In this document: piece by piece, positions 7,790 to 18,524 of the stretch | Numbering within the stretch: position 1 is the stretch's first letter | Layout: each line of letters opens with the position of its first letter | Sequence record: SRR20825010_1318 | DNA: 39,442 nucleotides | Direction: 5' to 3' (one strand) | Notes under the pieces: model-generated | Database searches by the model: none | What the model was told of the DNA's origin: nothing | The model's input: the letters and a program-made list of their open reading frames with translations, nothing else | Translations under genes and position numbers: made by a program

Positions 7790-9112
7790 TCATTCGCGAA
7801 TTGGCTTTGGCAGAGTCCACAAGAGCAGTCCCATTCCAGCGATCGCACTGATGGCGGACCCGACCAATACACCCGTCTTGGCAGTATCAAGCCCATCGGC
7901 TCCGAATGCCAAGCCATCGATGAACAATGCCATCGTGAATCCGATCCCAGCAAGAAAGCTACCCGATACCAAAATGGGCCAGTTCAGTCCGCTCGGTAAA
8001 CGTGCCACGCCCAATCGAATCACCAACCAACTGAACAGTACGATCCCGAGTGGTTTTCCGACGACCAAGCCAATCACGACCGCAATAGCAACCGAGTCGC
8101 CCAGATTGGCTGGTTCAATCAACACTCCCGCGTTGGCGAGGGCAAAAACGGGCATAATCACATACGCGGTCCATGGATGCAGCGATGACTCCAAGTACTC
8201 CAGCGGCGAGACTGTTTCTCGAGTGAGTTGCTGAACCTCTCGAACCACCTCGGCGCGATGTAACCGGCGACGCCACTTCTTTGGTTGGAATTCGTGCTCC
8301 TTCTCGTGCAAGTACTCACGAAACCGTTCGGGAACCAATGTGGGTGTGGCAGGCGTCATTAACCCGAGGATCACGCCGATCAGTGTTGCGTGAATTCCGG
8401 ATTCGTGAAGCGCAATCCAAGCAAGGATTCCGACGATCACATACGGCGGAAAGCGACGCACTCCAATTCGCGAAAGCAGATGCACCACGCCGACGGCAGC
8501 CGCAGCGAGGAACAGATAGCGGCCGTCCAGCGACTCGGTGTAGCCAACTGCGATCACCAGAATTGCGCCGATGTCATCGACAATGGCGAGGGATAACAAG
8601 AGCACTCGAAGGCTGTGTGGTACGCGAGAACCGAGGATCGCCAAACAGCCAACGACAAATGCGATGTCCGTCGCCATTGGAATGCCCCACCCTTGCATTC
8701 CAGGTTGGCCGTATTGCATTGAAAGATACAGCGTGGCCGGCACAATCATTCCACCGATTGCAGCGGCGATGGGCAGAGTTGCCTGCTTCAGATCCGAAAG
8801 GGAACCATGAGCAAGCTCCCGTTTGACTTCCAATCCGATCACAAAGAAGAACACCGCCATCAAACCGTCATTGATGACATGGTGCAGGGAGTGGTGAAAG
8901 ACAATGTCCCCGATGGCAATCGTCAGATCGGTATGCCAAAACGCCAGATAGCTATCTGCCCAAGAGGAGTTGGCCGCGACGAGGGCGACCACCGTGCACA
9001 AGATCAGCACCAGCCCGCTGGTCGCCTCGATGTGTAAGAAGCGTGCAAACGGACGTAGCCACCGATCAATAGGTTGAATCGGTAGCGGGAGTCTAGTTTC
9101 GATATGATTCAT
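7790..9112 (-). CDS. nhaA: Na+/H+ antiporter NhaA
   Basis: INDGLMAVFFFVIGLEVKRE, GWGIPMATDIAF, LAIVDD ion-binding Asp pair, FALANAG, GKPLGI, GIGFTMALFI. Confidence 0.97.
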   Translation of the reverse strand: MNHIETRLPLPIQPIDRWLRPFARFLHIEATSGLVLILCTVVALVAANSSWADSYLAFWHTDLTIAIGDIVFHHSLHHVINDGLMAVFFFVIGLEVKRELAHGSLSDLKQATLPIAAAIGGMIVPATLYLSMQYGQPGMQGWGIPMATDIAFVVGCLAILGSRVPHSLRVLLLSLAIVDDIGAILVIAVGYTESLDGRYLFLAAAAVGVVHLLSRIGVRRFPPYVIVGILAWIALHESGIHATLIGVILGLMTPATPTLVPERFREYLHEKEHEFQPKKWRRRLHRAEVVREVQQLTRETVSPLEYLESSLHPWTAYVIMPVFALANAGVLIEPANLGDSVAIAVVIGLVVGKPLGIVLFSWLVIRLGVARLPSGLNWPILVSGSFLAGIGFTMALFIDGLAFGADGLDTAKTGVLVGSAISAIAGMGLLLWTLPKPIRE

Positions 9113-9162
9113 GCAAGGATTGGGATGGGTCTCTTGGGCGAGAAATAGGGCAGGAAACTAAG

Positions 9163-9450
9163 TTACGGAATGTCAGGACGCACCGTCATTCCATTGGTGA
9201 ATGCGTCGGGGGAAACGATCAGATAGACAAACGTCAGTGCCGCTGGCAGCAACAGCAAAACCAGCATGGTGCAGATGACCCCGACGACATAATTCTTTTC
9301 ATCGTCGTTCGTCAAAAGCTGACTGGGCGGCGGGTTCGGCTCGTCAGACATGTCCGGTCCCAATTCGTCAATGAAGTAGACCGTTTTCTCTGAAGTGGCT
9401 TCTACTTCGGTCTGCGGGGACGTTGGGCTGGTGATCAATGCCGGCAGCAT
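9163..9450 (-). CDS. Small single-pass membrane protein (95 aa)
   Basis: Strong RBS GGAGG (9463-9459) 8 nt before ATG 9450; acidic/Pro-rich N-terminus and one long hydrophobic segment; co-oriented directly upstream of nhaA. Confidence 0.7.
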   Translation of the reverse strand: MLPALITSPTSPQTEVEATSEKTVYFIDELGPDMSDEPNPPPSQLLTNDDEKNYVVGVICTMLVLLLLPAALTFVYLIVSPDAFTNGMTVRPDIP

Positions 9451-9563
9451 CGGTTCTTCCTCCAGTAAGAGTTCCCTCCGGTGGGTCGAAAAACGGTGTC
9501 ACTCCAAACGAAGAGCTTTCCCGAACAGGTTTCCGACCTCGGATTCACTTTCGAAGACTCTGA

Positions 9564-9579
9564 TGCAGGTACGATGCCG
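9564..9579 (-). promoter_or_regulatory. Putative sigma-54 (-24/-12) promoter
   Basis: Minus strand CGGCAT-CGTAC-CTGCA with GG-N10-GC spacing, facing the 95-aa ORF and nhaA, divergent from a sigma-54 activator operon. Confidence 0.55.
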
Positions 9580-10003
9580 ATCCACTCCACCCGAAGCACC
9601 GCCGCAATCTCAGGTTGGCTGACCATCCTCGATTGACAGCTTGAATTGCGAGCAATTTGTGCGTGCGACGACGCAGATAGAATATGGTTGTTTTTTTGCT
9701 GACCAGAGCTTCCACCTTTCGTACAAATAGAAAGCGTCAACGCCGGTTTCCGCGGCGTCCACTTTGGTTGGCGCTCACGTCATTTCCCGGACGGAATGTG
9801 CGATATCTATTTGATCGAAAGCCTCCTGTCGCGGGTAGATTCTGGCCGACATGCATTGCTATGTCTCTCACCCATTTCACGAACGAACTCGGTCTTAGGA
9901 ATGATGCGAATCACTTATTCTCGAGCCGTGGATCGTCCCAGCGACGGCGTGGTTCCCACCGCGAATTTGCCGGCGAAGACTCGATATCAACTACGATGAC
10001 TTC

Positions 10004-11236
10004 ATGACACAAAGACACGACCTTTCGGCACAAGTACTTCCTCGTCGCGGTCAATCGATCCCGCCGGAGTTCTTTCGCGCGATCGCCGAAAGCACGGTGG
10101 ATTGGGAGAGCTGGCAATCGGCCAACGGGCAGGTCGTTTGGGTGAACCAAGCGGTCGAGCGATTCACCGGCTACACGCCCAAAGAATGCCTCGCGATGGA
10201 TGACTATCCACTGCCGATGATCGCTCCGGAAGATCGCGAACGAATGGGGCGTCACTTGGAGGAAGCATCCAAAGGAAGCACCGGCAACAACGTCGAATTC
10301 AAAGTGTTGCATCGTGATCAATCCACTTCGTGGGTCGCCGTTTCTTGGCAGCCGATGACCGATCGCGAAGGCAATTCGTTGGGCTTCCGAGCAAGCTTTC
10401 GCGATGTGACGGAACGTCGACAAATGCGTGAGCAACTGCGGGAACAGAACGCCGAACTGGAGCACTTGGTACAGATGCGGACCGCCAAAATTGCGGAGCT
10501 CGAAAAACATCGACTGAAGATGGAAAAGCTGGCCGCGTTGGGCGAACTTGCCGCTGGCGTCGCTCATGAGATCAACAATCCGCTCGCTGGCATCCGAAAC
10601 GCATTCGCACTTCTCAAGCGGCACCTGCCATCGAACGTGAAGCATTACGACAAACTCGATTTGATCGACGGTGAAATTGAGCGTATTCGTGGCATCACAC
10701 ACCAAATGTTCCAGCTTTATCGGCCGAGTCAGCAAAAGGCCGTCGTATTCAATGTTCGTCGATGCTTGGAAGAGCTGATGTCGCTTGCTCTTCCGATGTC
10801 ACGCAAATTCAAAGTGAAAGTCAAATTAGAATGCGAGGCTCTTCCGGCGACGAAAGAGCTCGGCGTCGACGAAGTTTTGCTTCGTGAAGGCGAATTGAAA
10901 CAGATCCTTCTCAACCTAGTGCACAATGCGATCCAAGCATCATCGCCGGGTAAAGAAGTCCAGCTAGTCGTCACCGCCAATGATGACGCGTTGGTCTTGC
11001 GAGTGGTCGATCGCGGCTGCGGAATCGCCAATGATGTGATCGACTCCATCTTTGACCCATTCTTCAGCACCAAGACAACCACGGTGGGGCAAGGCATGGG
11101 TTTGGGGCTGTCAGTCACCCGTGGTTTGATCGAGGCTATGCGGGGGTCGATTGACGTTTCCAGCGAACCGAACGAAGGAACCGAGTTTTGCGTCCAACTA
11201 CCGAGATGCCTGAAGACGGAGCCAGAAGAGCATTGA
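10004..11236 (+). CDS. Cytoplasmic PAS-domain sensor histidine kinase (NtrB-like)
   Basis: PAS ([11 protein letters not shown]...RDVTERR), H-box AHEINNPL, N-box [30 protein letters not shown]; no TM segment. Confidence 0.95.
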   Translation: MTQRHDLSAQVLPRRGQSIPPEFFRAIAESTVDWESWQSANGQVVWVNQAVERFTGYTPKECLAMDDYPLPMIAPEDRERMGRHLEEASKGSTGNNVEFKVLHRDQSTSWVAVSWQPMTDREGNSLGFRASFRDVTERRQMREQLREQNAELEHLVQMRTAKIAELEKHRLKMEKLAALGELAAGVAHEINNPLAGIRNAFALLKRHLPSNVKHYDKLDLIDGEIERIRGITHQMFQLYRPSQQKAVVFNVRRCLEELMSLALPMSRKFKVKVKLECEALPATKELGVDEVLLREGELKQILLNLVHNAIQASSPGKEVQLVVTANDDALVLRVVDRGCGIANDVIDSIFDPFFSTKTTTVGQGMGLGLSVTRGLIEAMRGSIDVSSEPNEGTEFCVQLPRCLKTEPEEH

Positions 11237-12654
11237 ATACATCAACGACTCAACGCATCTTGATTGCGGACGATGAACCGCTCTTTCGCGAAACGACGGC
11301 TGAATTCCTGCGTGAAGAGGGGTATGAATGCCTCTGCGTCGAAGACGCGAACGATGCAATTTCGATACTTGAGGAACACAAGTTCGATCTGATTCTCTCG
11401 GACCTCAACATGCCGGGCAATTTGAAGTTCGAGCTTCTGAAAGAAGGCCGCACCAAGCACTCGGATGTTCCCATGATTGTCGTCACGGGAGCACCCTCAC
11501 TTCCATCGGCAATCGAAAGCGTTCGACTCGGTGTCACGGACTACTTACTCAAACCGGTGAAGCTAGAAGAACTGCTCACCGCGGTCCAGCGTTCACTCTC
11601 TCAAGCGGGCAATCGGAAAGCGATCGAACAAAGCAGTGCGCCGACATCAGACGACGAGCGAGCCACAGCCGATTCACCCGCTTGGTCGAAAGATCTCGGT
11701 ATCATCGGCGAAAGCCCAAAGATGCTGGAGGTCTTGGAGATTGTGGAACGTGTGGCGATGAGCGACACCAACGTTCTGATCACCGGAGAAAGTGGAACGG
11801 GAAAAGAGGTGATCGCCAAAGCGATTCATTGCCGGAGTCATCGACGTGACAACGCGATGCAAGTGATCGATTGCACTTCGATTCCTGAGTCACTTTTCGA
11901 GTCCGCTTTGTTTGGTCATATCAAAGGATCATTCACCGGTGCCGTGAAAGACCAAGCCGGTTTGCTGCGGGCTTGTGATGGTGGCACCGCATTCATTGAC
12001 GAACTCGGCGAATTGCCTCTGGCTTCGCAAGCGAAATTATTGCGGGTCATTCAGGAACAAACTTTCACGCCGGTTGGCGATAGTCAGTCGATCCGAGTCG
12101 ACACTCGATTTGTTTGCGCCACGAATCGCGACCTGCAAAACGAAGTTGATGCTGAACGTTTTCGACATGATCTCTACTATCGCTTGGCGGTTGTGCACAT
12201 CGAGTTGCCTCCACTACGCGATCGTGGCGACGACGTGATTCTGCTGGCCAATGCGTTTTTGCAAAAGCATCAGCCATCCGGCGTCAATCCGAGTTCTTTC
12301 GCTCACGAGACACTGGAGTGTTTCCGTAGCTACCGCTGGCCCGGCAACATCCGTGAGCTTCGAAATGTCGTCGAACGGTCATTGGCTCTTGCCAAAGGCC
12401 CGGTAATCGAGGCCAGTGATTTGCCCAAGCCGCTTCGCGATTCGATCAATGAGACATCTTTCGAAACATTGGATCTGGCCGAAGTGTCGCGTGACGAAGC
12501 GCTCGATACCGCTGATCGTGCTTACCTGGTGCAGCTTCTCGGAAAACATCACGGCGTCATCGCCAGTGCGGCTAGGCAAGCGGGACTGTCTCGACAGGGC
12601 ATGAATAAACTTCTGAAACGGCATCACATCGACGCCAAGGATTTTCGTAGGTGA
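11233..12654 (+). CDS. Sigma-54-dependent response regulator (NtrC family: REC-AAA+-HTH)
   Basis: ILIADDE, phospho-Asp in LSDLNMP, Walker [36 protein letters not shown], Fis-type HTH. Probable TTG start overlaps the kinase stop (TTGA 11233-11236). Confidence 0.95.
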   Translation: MNTSTTQRILIADDEPLFRETTAEFLREEGYECLCVEDANDAISILEEHKFDLILSDLNMPGNLKFELLKEGRTKHSDVPMIVVTGAPSLPSAIESVRLGVTDYLLKPVKLEELLTAVQRSLSQAGNRKAIEQSSAPTSDDERATADSPAWSKDLGIIGESPKMLEVLEIVERVAMSDTNVLITGESGTGKEVIAKAIHCRSHRRDNAMQVIDCTSIPESLFESALFGHIKGSFTGAVKDQAGLLRACDGGTAFIDELGELPLASQAKLLRVIQEQTFTPVGDSQSIRVDTRFVCATNRDLQNEVDAERFRHDLYYRLAVVHIELPPLRDRGDDVILLANAFLQKHQPSGVNPSSFAHETLECFRSYRWPGNIRELRNVVERSLALAKGPVIEASDLPKPLRDSINETSFETLDLAEVSRDEALDTADRAYLVQLLGKHHGVIASAARQAGLSRQGMNKLLKRHHIDAKDFRR

Positions 12655-12663
12655 TATCCGCGT

Positions 12664-12678
12664 GGAGCAAAATGCTCC
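12664..12678 (+). terminator. Short stem-loop after the response regulator
   Basis: GGAGCA-AAA-TGCTCC, 9 nt after the stop; a second imperfect hairpin at 12714-12740; no U-tract. Confidence 0.3.
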
Positions 12679-12902
12679 GCAGTCCCAGCCGAAAAAGTGA
12701 TCGCAAGTCTATCGGCATGCGCATTGATTGAGCGTATGCCAAAGACTCGGCAAATAGCCGTGGCCAAAACCTGACAAGCCTCTGAAGCGATACACAATCA
12801 CTGTTTGCGGGCGGATGGATGAAGAACCCAATCGATGCGAGACGTCCTGCACATGCACATCTCGCCAGGGCACTCGCGTCGCGCCCGATCTGTTTGCGTT
12901 CT

Positions 12903-13718
12903 CTATTGCAGCATTTGGTTCGATTTGTCCGACAAGCTTCGTTTCAGGAGTTCGCCCGCGTCTTCAGTCAGCTCAATCGTACGTTTTTGCGGTTCACTCA
13001 GCGAAACCTTGTGCTGCGAATGATCGCTTGGTTGGAACAGTAAGTCGTCGGCAACGCCCAACTCACGTACGAGTCGGACCAGATCGTCTTCACTCACATC
13101 GACGAATGAATCCAGCGAACGGATGGCCGCCAAAACCTGTTCGTGAGACGGGGCCGAACCAACGCGTTCATTTGCCAAGCCTTCATTTGCAGAGCGAAAT
13201 AGCCCCGCCGGGTAGCGTCGCCAGCGGAATGGTGCATTGATCAATACGGCGAGCGTCAGCATCAAGACAACGTTCAGCAGAATCGGGCACAGAACATACA
13301 TGTATCCCAGTTCGTTAATGGCATCGCCTCCCATCACAGCAGTGAACGCGGTCGCGCCGCCCGGCGGATGGATGCAACGCAGTTGATACATCAGTCCAAT
13401 GGACATACCGACCGCGAGTGCTGTTGCCAGTGCCGGGTGGCTGATCCATTGGTAACACGTCACACCAATGCAGGCCGAAATCGTATGCCCCGCGACCAGC
13501 GGCCAAGGCTGCGACAACGGTCCATGGGGAACCGCATACAGCAGAACGGCGCTCGCTCCCATCGATGCAATCACGCCCGCCGCAGCTAGTCCGGGCAGAC
13601 AAAGGTTGGTGACGTAGAAAACACAGTAGATTGCGCAGGCGGATCCTACCGCCGAGATCAATTTTTCATGCAGGCTGACTTCAACAAGTTCAACGCCTAA
13701 CCATCTGCTTCCTAGCAT
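12903..13718 (-). CDS. HPP family membrane protein
   Basis: ASMGASAVLLYAVPHGPLSQPW, signature IHPPGGATA, several TM helices, C-terminal FVDVSEDDL segment. Confidence 0.93.
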   Translation of the reverse strand: MLGSRWLGVELVEVSLHEKLISAVGSACAIYCVFYVTNLCLPGLAAAGVIASMGASAVLLYAVPHGPLSQPWPLVAGHTISACIGVTCYQWISHPALATALAVGMSIGLMYQLRCIHPPGGATAFTAVMGGDAINELGYMYVLCPILLNVVLMLTLAVLINAPFRWRRYPAGLFRSANEGLANERVGSAPSHEQVLAAIRSLDSFVDVSEDDLVRLVRELGVADDLLFQPSDHSQHKVSLSEPQKRTIELTEDAGELLKRSLSDKSNQMLQ

Positions 13719-14134
13719 GTGGAATTCAGTTTCAAACGCGTGAATACCGGACGCATCGCCACACCATGTCCGCTCATGATGGGTCGCCGCTCCGGTTGGC
13801 CAATCAGACTAGGCGAAACTACTTTTGCGTCAAGCCGCAGTCCCGGAGGCGATCTCGACGTCAACGAAACCAATCTTTTGAGTTTGGCGGGATTCACGCA
13901 CTGTATCGCGGGTGGTTCCGTTCCACGGCAAAGCTAGCAAGGTCGATGTGATCGGCCAGATCGGCCTCCAAAATGGTTCATGTGATAGTTGCAACCCAAT
14001 CTGCATCAACCGCACAGTTACTCACGTGCAAAGCTCTTATTCAAAACAGTGGGTAAGCAGCGATCTCATGCGACCGGCGTGATCGACAGCGACCCTGTAT
14101 CGAACAGTCTCTCGTCGCTATATCGATTGCATTC

Positions 14135-14728
14135 ATGGGTTGGAAAATTGCTCTCTCGATGCTGCTCTTGCCAGGACTGGTAGGAATGACGCAGCTCGTG
14201 TCGTATTCCAGCCAGCCCGGCGATGTCGGTCAGACTGTGCCAATGTTGCTGCCGCACAGTTTGTCAGGCGTGCAATCATTCGAAGACGCCAATCAAACAA
14301 CCGTTTTGGTCTTCTATCATCCGCATTGTCCGTGCACGCGAGCGACGATCCGATGCATGGAAAGGATGATCGCATCATTCGCCTCTCAACCGACAATCAT
14401 CGCTTACGCCTTTGTTCCATCCGGTGAGACGGATCATTGGATTGAATCGGAGACGACCGACAAATTGCGATCGTTTGGCAATGTCTCCATTGTCGCCGAC
14501 CACAACGCGAAAGCGTGTCGACAATTTGATGTCGCAACGTCCGGCCATGTGCTTGTCTATAACGACTCAAAGCTGAGTTTCAGCGGTGGGATCACACCGT
14601 CTCGAGGCCACGAGGGAAATTGCGACAGCGGTGTTGCGTTTCTGAACAGTGTCAACGGCGAATCAGAAGATCGCATGGAATGGCCGGTGTTTGGATGTGC
14701 CATCGTTAGCCCCGGCGAAGGTGCCTGA
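14135..14728 (+). CDS. Membrane-anchored thioredoxin-fold protein (RedB-like)
   Basis: N-terminal hydrophobic anchor, VFYHPHCPCTRA (CxC), ATSGHVLVY, FSGGITPSRGHEGN, PVFGC. From memory these match proteins annotated as RedB. Confidence 0.8.
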   Translation: MGWKIALSMLLLPGLVGMTQLVSYSSQPGDVGQTVPMLLPHSLSGVQSFEDANQTTVLVFYHPHCPCTRATIRCMERMIASFASQPTIIAYAFVPSGETDHWIESETTDKLRSFGNVSIVADHNAKACRQFDVATSGHVLVYNDSKLSFSGGITPSRGHEGNCDSGVAFLNSVNGESEDRMEWPVFGCAIVSPGEGA

Positions 14729-14730
14729 TC

Positions 14731-16686
14731 ATGCAAAGTCCCGCGGGTATCGCAGCAACAAACGAATTGTTCCAGAAACGCTACGAGCACGAGTGCTTGT
14801 GGGTCCACCGGTTCATGACCTGGATCATGGCGGGGCAATGGGCATTGGGATTGGCATTCGCAGCATTTCTATCGCCACTGACTTGGATTGGACAACGTAA
14901 CGAGGTCCACATTCACGTTTGGGCGGCGTTTCTGATCGGAATGTCGTTGTCTGGATTCGCGATCCTATGGATGCGGATGTTCCCCCGAGAGGCATCAACG
15001 CGTCATGTCGTCGCGGTCGTGTAAATGCTCTGGTCAGCCCTGCTGATTCACCTTTCAGGCGGACGGATCGAGACGCACTTTCACGTGTTTGCTTCGCTCG
15101 CAACTCTCAGTATCTATCGCGATTGGCGAATCCTCATCAGTGCGACCGCTGTTGTTGCACTGGATCACTTCGTCCGAGGCGTCTTTTATCCATTGTCAGT
15201 GTTTGGCATCATGACCGAGAGCCCCTATCGGTGGATAGAGCACGCCGCTTGGGTGTTGTTCGAGGTCGCATTCTTGGCACCCGGATGTTATCGACTTCGC
15301 AAGGAGGTGTGGGAACTTTGTGTTCGACAAACGGAAATCGAGTTTGCAAAACGCTCAGTCGATCAACAGGTCGCTGAACGCACCAAAGAATTGTCGGAAG
15401 CCTACGACCTGCTAGCCGAAAAAACCGCGGAAACAGAGAAGCTTGCCCTTGTAGCTCGCTATACCGACAATGCAGTCATCATCACGCACGCGGACGCGAC
15501 GATCGAATGGGTGAACGAAGGGTTCACACGCGTCACCGGTTATTCAGCTGATGAAGTCATCGGCAAGCGTCCTTCGGACTTTCTGCATGGTCCCCAAACC
15601 GACCCAAAGGTTTGCTCCGTCATGCGAGATGCAATCGCGAACCGATCGGGATTCAACGTTCAGACAATCAACTACCGAAAGAACGCAGAGCCGTACTGGG
15701 TGGACATCGAAGTCCGGCCCATTCACGACGCCGACGGTATTGTTCGACAATTCATCGCCATCGAAGCTGATGCAACCGAGCGAGTTCAACAAGAACAAGA
15801 AAAGGTTCGTTTGAACCAGGAGTTGCTCGACGCATCGCGGCAGGCGGGAATGGCAGAGATCGCGACCGGTGTGCTTCACAACGTCGGCAACATTCTCAAT
15901 AGCGTCAACGTTTCGGTCTCGGTCATTCGCAACCAGTATTCCAAAAGTGCGTTGGCGAATTTAGAGAAAGTGTCCTAGTTGATCGCCGAGCACGAGCAAA
16001 CTTTTCCCGAATTTGTCGCTACTGATCAACGCGGCAAGAAAATTCCCGCTTACGTCCAACGGGTCACTCATGCACTCAGTGGCGAACGTCAAACGATCGA
16101 TGGCGAACTGACGGATCTGGTCAAGAACATCGAACACATCAAAGAAATCGTCGCCGCTCAGCAGTCCATGGCAAGCTCGTCCGAGATGATTCAGGAGCTC
16201 GATCTGCGAGGTTTGATTGAGGATGCTCTGGCCGCGAACAAGGCGTCTTTGATGAACCACGACATCAAGATCTCGTTGGATTTGGAAAAGGCTGACAGGT
16301 TGATTGTGACTGACAAACACCGGTTTCTGCAGATCGTGATCAACCTGATCAAAAACGCGAAAGACTCCTTGGTCGAAAACAAAATTTCTGATCCGCAGAT
16401 CATCGTTCGGGCGACGCGGCAAGAAGATTCGAACACGGTCTCCGTGATCGACAACGGGATTGGTATTCCGGCTGAAAGCCTTCAGCAGATCTTCCAACAC
16501 GGATACACGACCAAGATGGAAGGCCACGGTTTTGGCCTGCACAGCAGTGCGAACACCGCGGGCGAGATGGGTGGTCAGTTGGCGGCGTTCAGCGATGGTC
16601 CTGGATGCGGCGCACGCTTTGACCTCACTCTGCCAATTGTCCAAAAAGAGAAAACGAGCCCCAAGAACTCCGAGTTAGCTGTATGA
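14731..16686 (+). pseudogene. Membrane-bound PAS sensor histidine kinase interrupted by two in-frame stops (TAA 15022-15024, TAG 15976-15978)
   Basis: Three abutting ORFs in the same frame (14731-15024, 15025-15978, 15979-16686) join into one 651-codon protein: multi-TM sensor (GGRIETHFHVF, YRDW), PAS (WVNEGFTRVTGY, NYRKNAEPYW), H-box EIATGVLHNVGN, HATPase (NLIKNA, DNGIGI, GHGFGL). Confidence 0.85.
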
Positions 16687-18524
16687 ACACTTTGAAATTG
16701 AGCAAGTCGCACCGAGTGTTGATCGTCGATGACAATCCATCGATCCACGCGGACTTTCGTAAGATCTTCACGCCTCGGCCAACCGAACTGCCCGACATTG
16801 ATGACTTTGACATCGATGAGGTGTCAGATGAAGGTCAGCAGGAAGGACTCCGTTTTGACTCGGCGCATCAGGGGTTGGATGCTGTGAAAATGGTTGAGTC
16901 AGCGGTCGAACACAACGATCGTTATTCGCTCGCTTTTGTCGACATGCGAATGCCACCCGGGATGGATGGCTTGCAGACCATCGGAGAACTCTGGAAGATC
17001 GACCCCGAATTGCAGATCGTCATTTGCACCGCCTACAGCGACCATTCATGGGAGCATGCGGTATCGGTGTTGGGTCACACCGAGAACCTATTGATTCTCA
17101 AGAAGCCCTTTGACGATGTTGAAGTCCTCCAGATCGCCGTCGCGTTGACCTGTAAGTGGGACTCGGCACGCGCGGCCGGTTTGAAACATCGTGAACTCGA
17201 AGAACTCGTTCGAGTCCGCACGGCTGAATTGGAACGAGTTGCTCTGCACGATGGTTTGACTGGGCTGGCCAATCGCATCAAGTTCAACGACCGTTTGAGA
17301 GATTCCTTGGCAAATGCAAATTCGCAACCGCCGGCGGTTCTGCTCATCGACCTCGATCAATTCAAACTGATCAACGATACGCTGGGACACCCAGCCGGAG
17401 ACGAGTTGATTCGGATCGTGGGACAGCGATTGTCCGCTGTCGTTGGAGCGGCTGGTTTGGTTGCACGCTTGGGTGGCGACGAGTTTGCTGTCGTGCTGGA
17501 TCACAACCCAACTCAGCGAACGATCGAATCCATCGCCGATGGAATTCAATCTTCGGTTGCCGAGCCTGTGTTGTTGGATGGGGTTCCTTTCAGCGTGACG
17601 GCCAGCATTGGTATCTGCGGCTCGCCTGATGAAAATTGTGATGCCGATGAATTGATCCGCAATGCGGACATCGCAATGTATCGAGCCAAAGCTGACGGGC
17701 GTGATTGCGCCCGATACTTTGAAAAGGGGATGGACCAGCAACTCCGCCAACGTCAAATGATGGAGGCGAATCTGCGTGCGGCAATCGCCAATGATGAGTT
17801 CGTGCTCCACTTTCAACCATTGTTGGACCCGAACACCAAACAAGTCTGCTCGTTCGAAGCATTGCTTCGCTGGGAGCATCCAGAACGCGGACTTGTTCCC
17901 CCGTTGGACTTCATTCCGTTGGCGGAGGAGACAGGACTGATTCGACAAATCGGCGACTGGGTTCTCCTGGAGGCTTGTAAAGAAGCCTGCAATTGGCCTG
18001 AACACATCCGAGTCGCAGTCAATGTATCCGCCATCCAGTTCCGAGGTGGGACGCTACCAAAGAGCGTCTCGGATGCGATCGAAGAATCTGGGATCGCAGG
18101 CGAACGCCTCGAAATCGAAATCACTGAGTCCGTGCTCATGGGTGAAAGCCTGGATGCATTGGATCAGCTGCATGCACTGCGAGCGCAGGGTGTTCGCATA
18201 GCTTTGGATGACTTCGGCACCGGCTATTCGTCGCTCAGCTACCTGCGACGGTTTCGATTCGACAAATTGAAGATGGACCGCTCATTTGTCCAGAACCTCA
18301 ACCAAGCCGACGCGATGGCAATTGTCAGCACGATTGCCAATCTTGGGAAATGTTTGGGGATGGCGACCACCGCCGAAGGCATCGAGACGGAGCAGCAAAT
18401 GCGATGCGTGATGGAACACGGCTTCACCGAGGTCCAAGGGTATCTCTATGGCCGTCCGATTCCGTCGACGCAGATCCACGCGACTCACTTCGGACAATCG
18501 GCTCTATCAAGTAGCCGCGGATAG
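16683..18524 (+). CDS. Response regulator diguanylate cyclase/phosphodiesterase (REC-GGDEF-EAL)
   Basis: VLIVDDN, FVDMRMPPG, DLDQFKLINDTLGH, RLGGDEF, FEALLRW, EITES, DDFGTGYSSL, AEGIE, QGY; ATGA overlap with the kinase stop. Confidence 0.96.
   Translation: MNTLKLSKSHRVLIVDDNPSIHADFRKIFTPRPTELPDIDDFDIDEVSDEGQQEGLRFDSAHQGLDAVKMVESAVEHNDRYSLAFVDMRMPPGMDGLQTIGELWKIDPELQIVICTAYSDHSWEHAVSVLGHTENLLILKKPFDDVEVLQIAVALTCKWDSARAAGLKHRELEELVRVRTAELERVALHDGLTGLANRIKFNDRLRDSLANANSQPPAVLLIDLDQFKLINDTLGHPAGDELIRIVGQRLSAVVGAAGLVARLGGDEFAVVLDHNPTQRTIESIADGIQSSVAEPVLLDGVPFSVTASIGICGSPDENCDADELIRNADIAMYRAKADGRDCARYFEKGMDQQLRQRQMMEANLRAAIANDEFVLHFQPLLDPNTKQVCSFEALLRWEHPERGLVPPLDFIPLAEETGLIRQIGDWVLLEACKEACNWPEHIRVAVNVSAIQFRGGTLPKSVSDAIEESGIAGERLEIEITESVLMGESLDALDQLHALRAQGVRIALDDFGTGYSSLSYLRRFRFDKLKMDRSFVQNLNQADAMAIVSTIANLGKCLGMATTAEGIETEQQMRCVMEHGFTEVQGYLYGRPIPSTQIHATHFGQSALSSSRG

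Noticed and set aside
12713-12728. Sigma-54-like motif CGGCAT-GCGCA-TTGAT
   Set aside because: The -12 element is GA instead of GC, it is part of a hairpin, and it points only at the 3' end of the convergent HPP gene.
13885-13900. GG-N10-GC motif upstream of the RedB-like operon
   Set aside because: TGGCGG-GATTC-ACGCA lacks the AC/AT after GGC and the TT before GC; too weak to call.
14731-16686. Genome-wide reassignment of TAA/TAG to Gln
   Set aside because: Many intact genes in the window end at TAA or TAG at the expected C-terminus (e.g. 1654, 4828, 6716, 18524, 20630, 22215), and no other gene shows internal stops.
17088-18005. 305-aa antisense ORF, and similar long shadows at 9911-10735, 15961-16644, 24134-24808, 25542-26231 and 31175-32101
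   Set aside because: They lie opposite well-supported genes and have no motifs; expected from codon bias in GC-rich genes.
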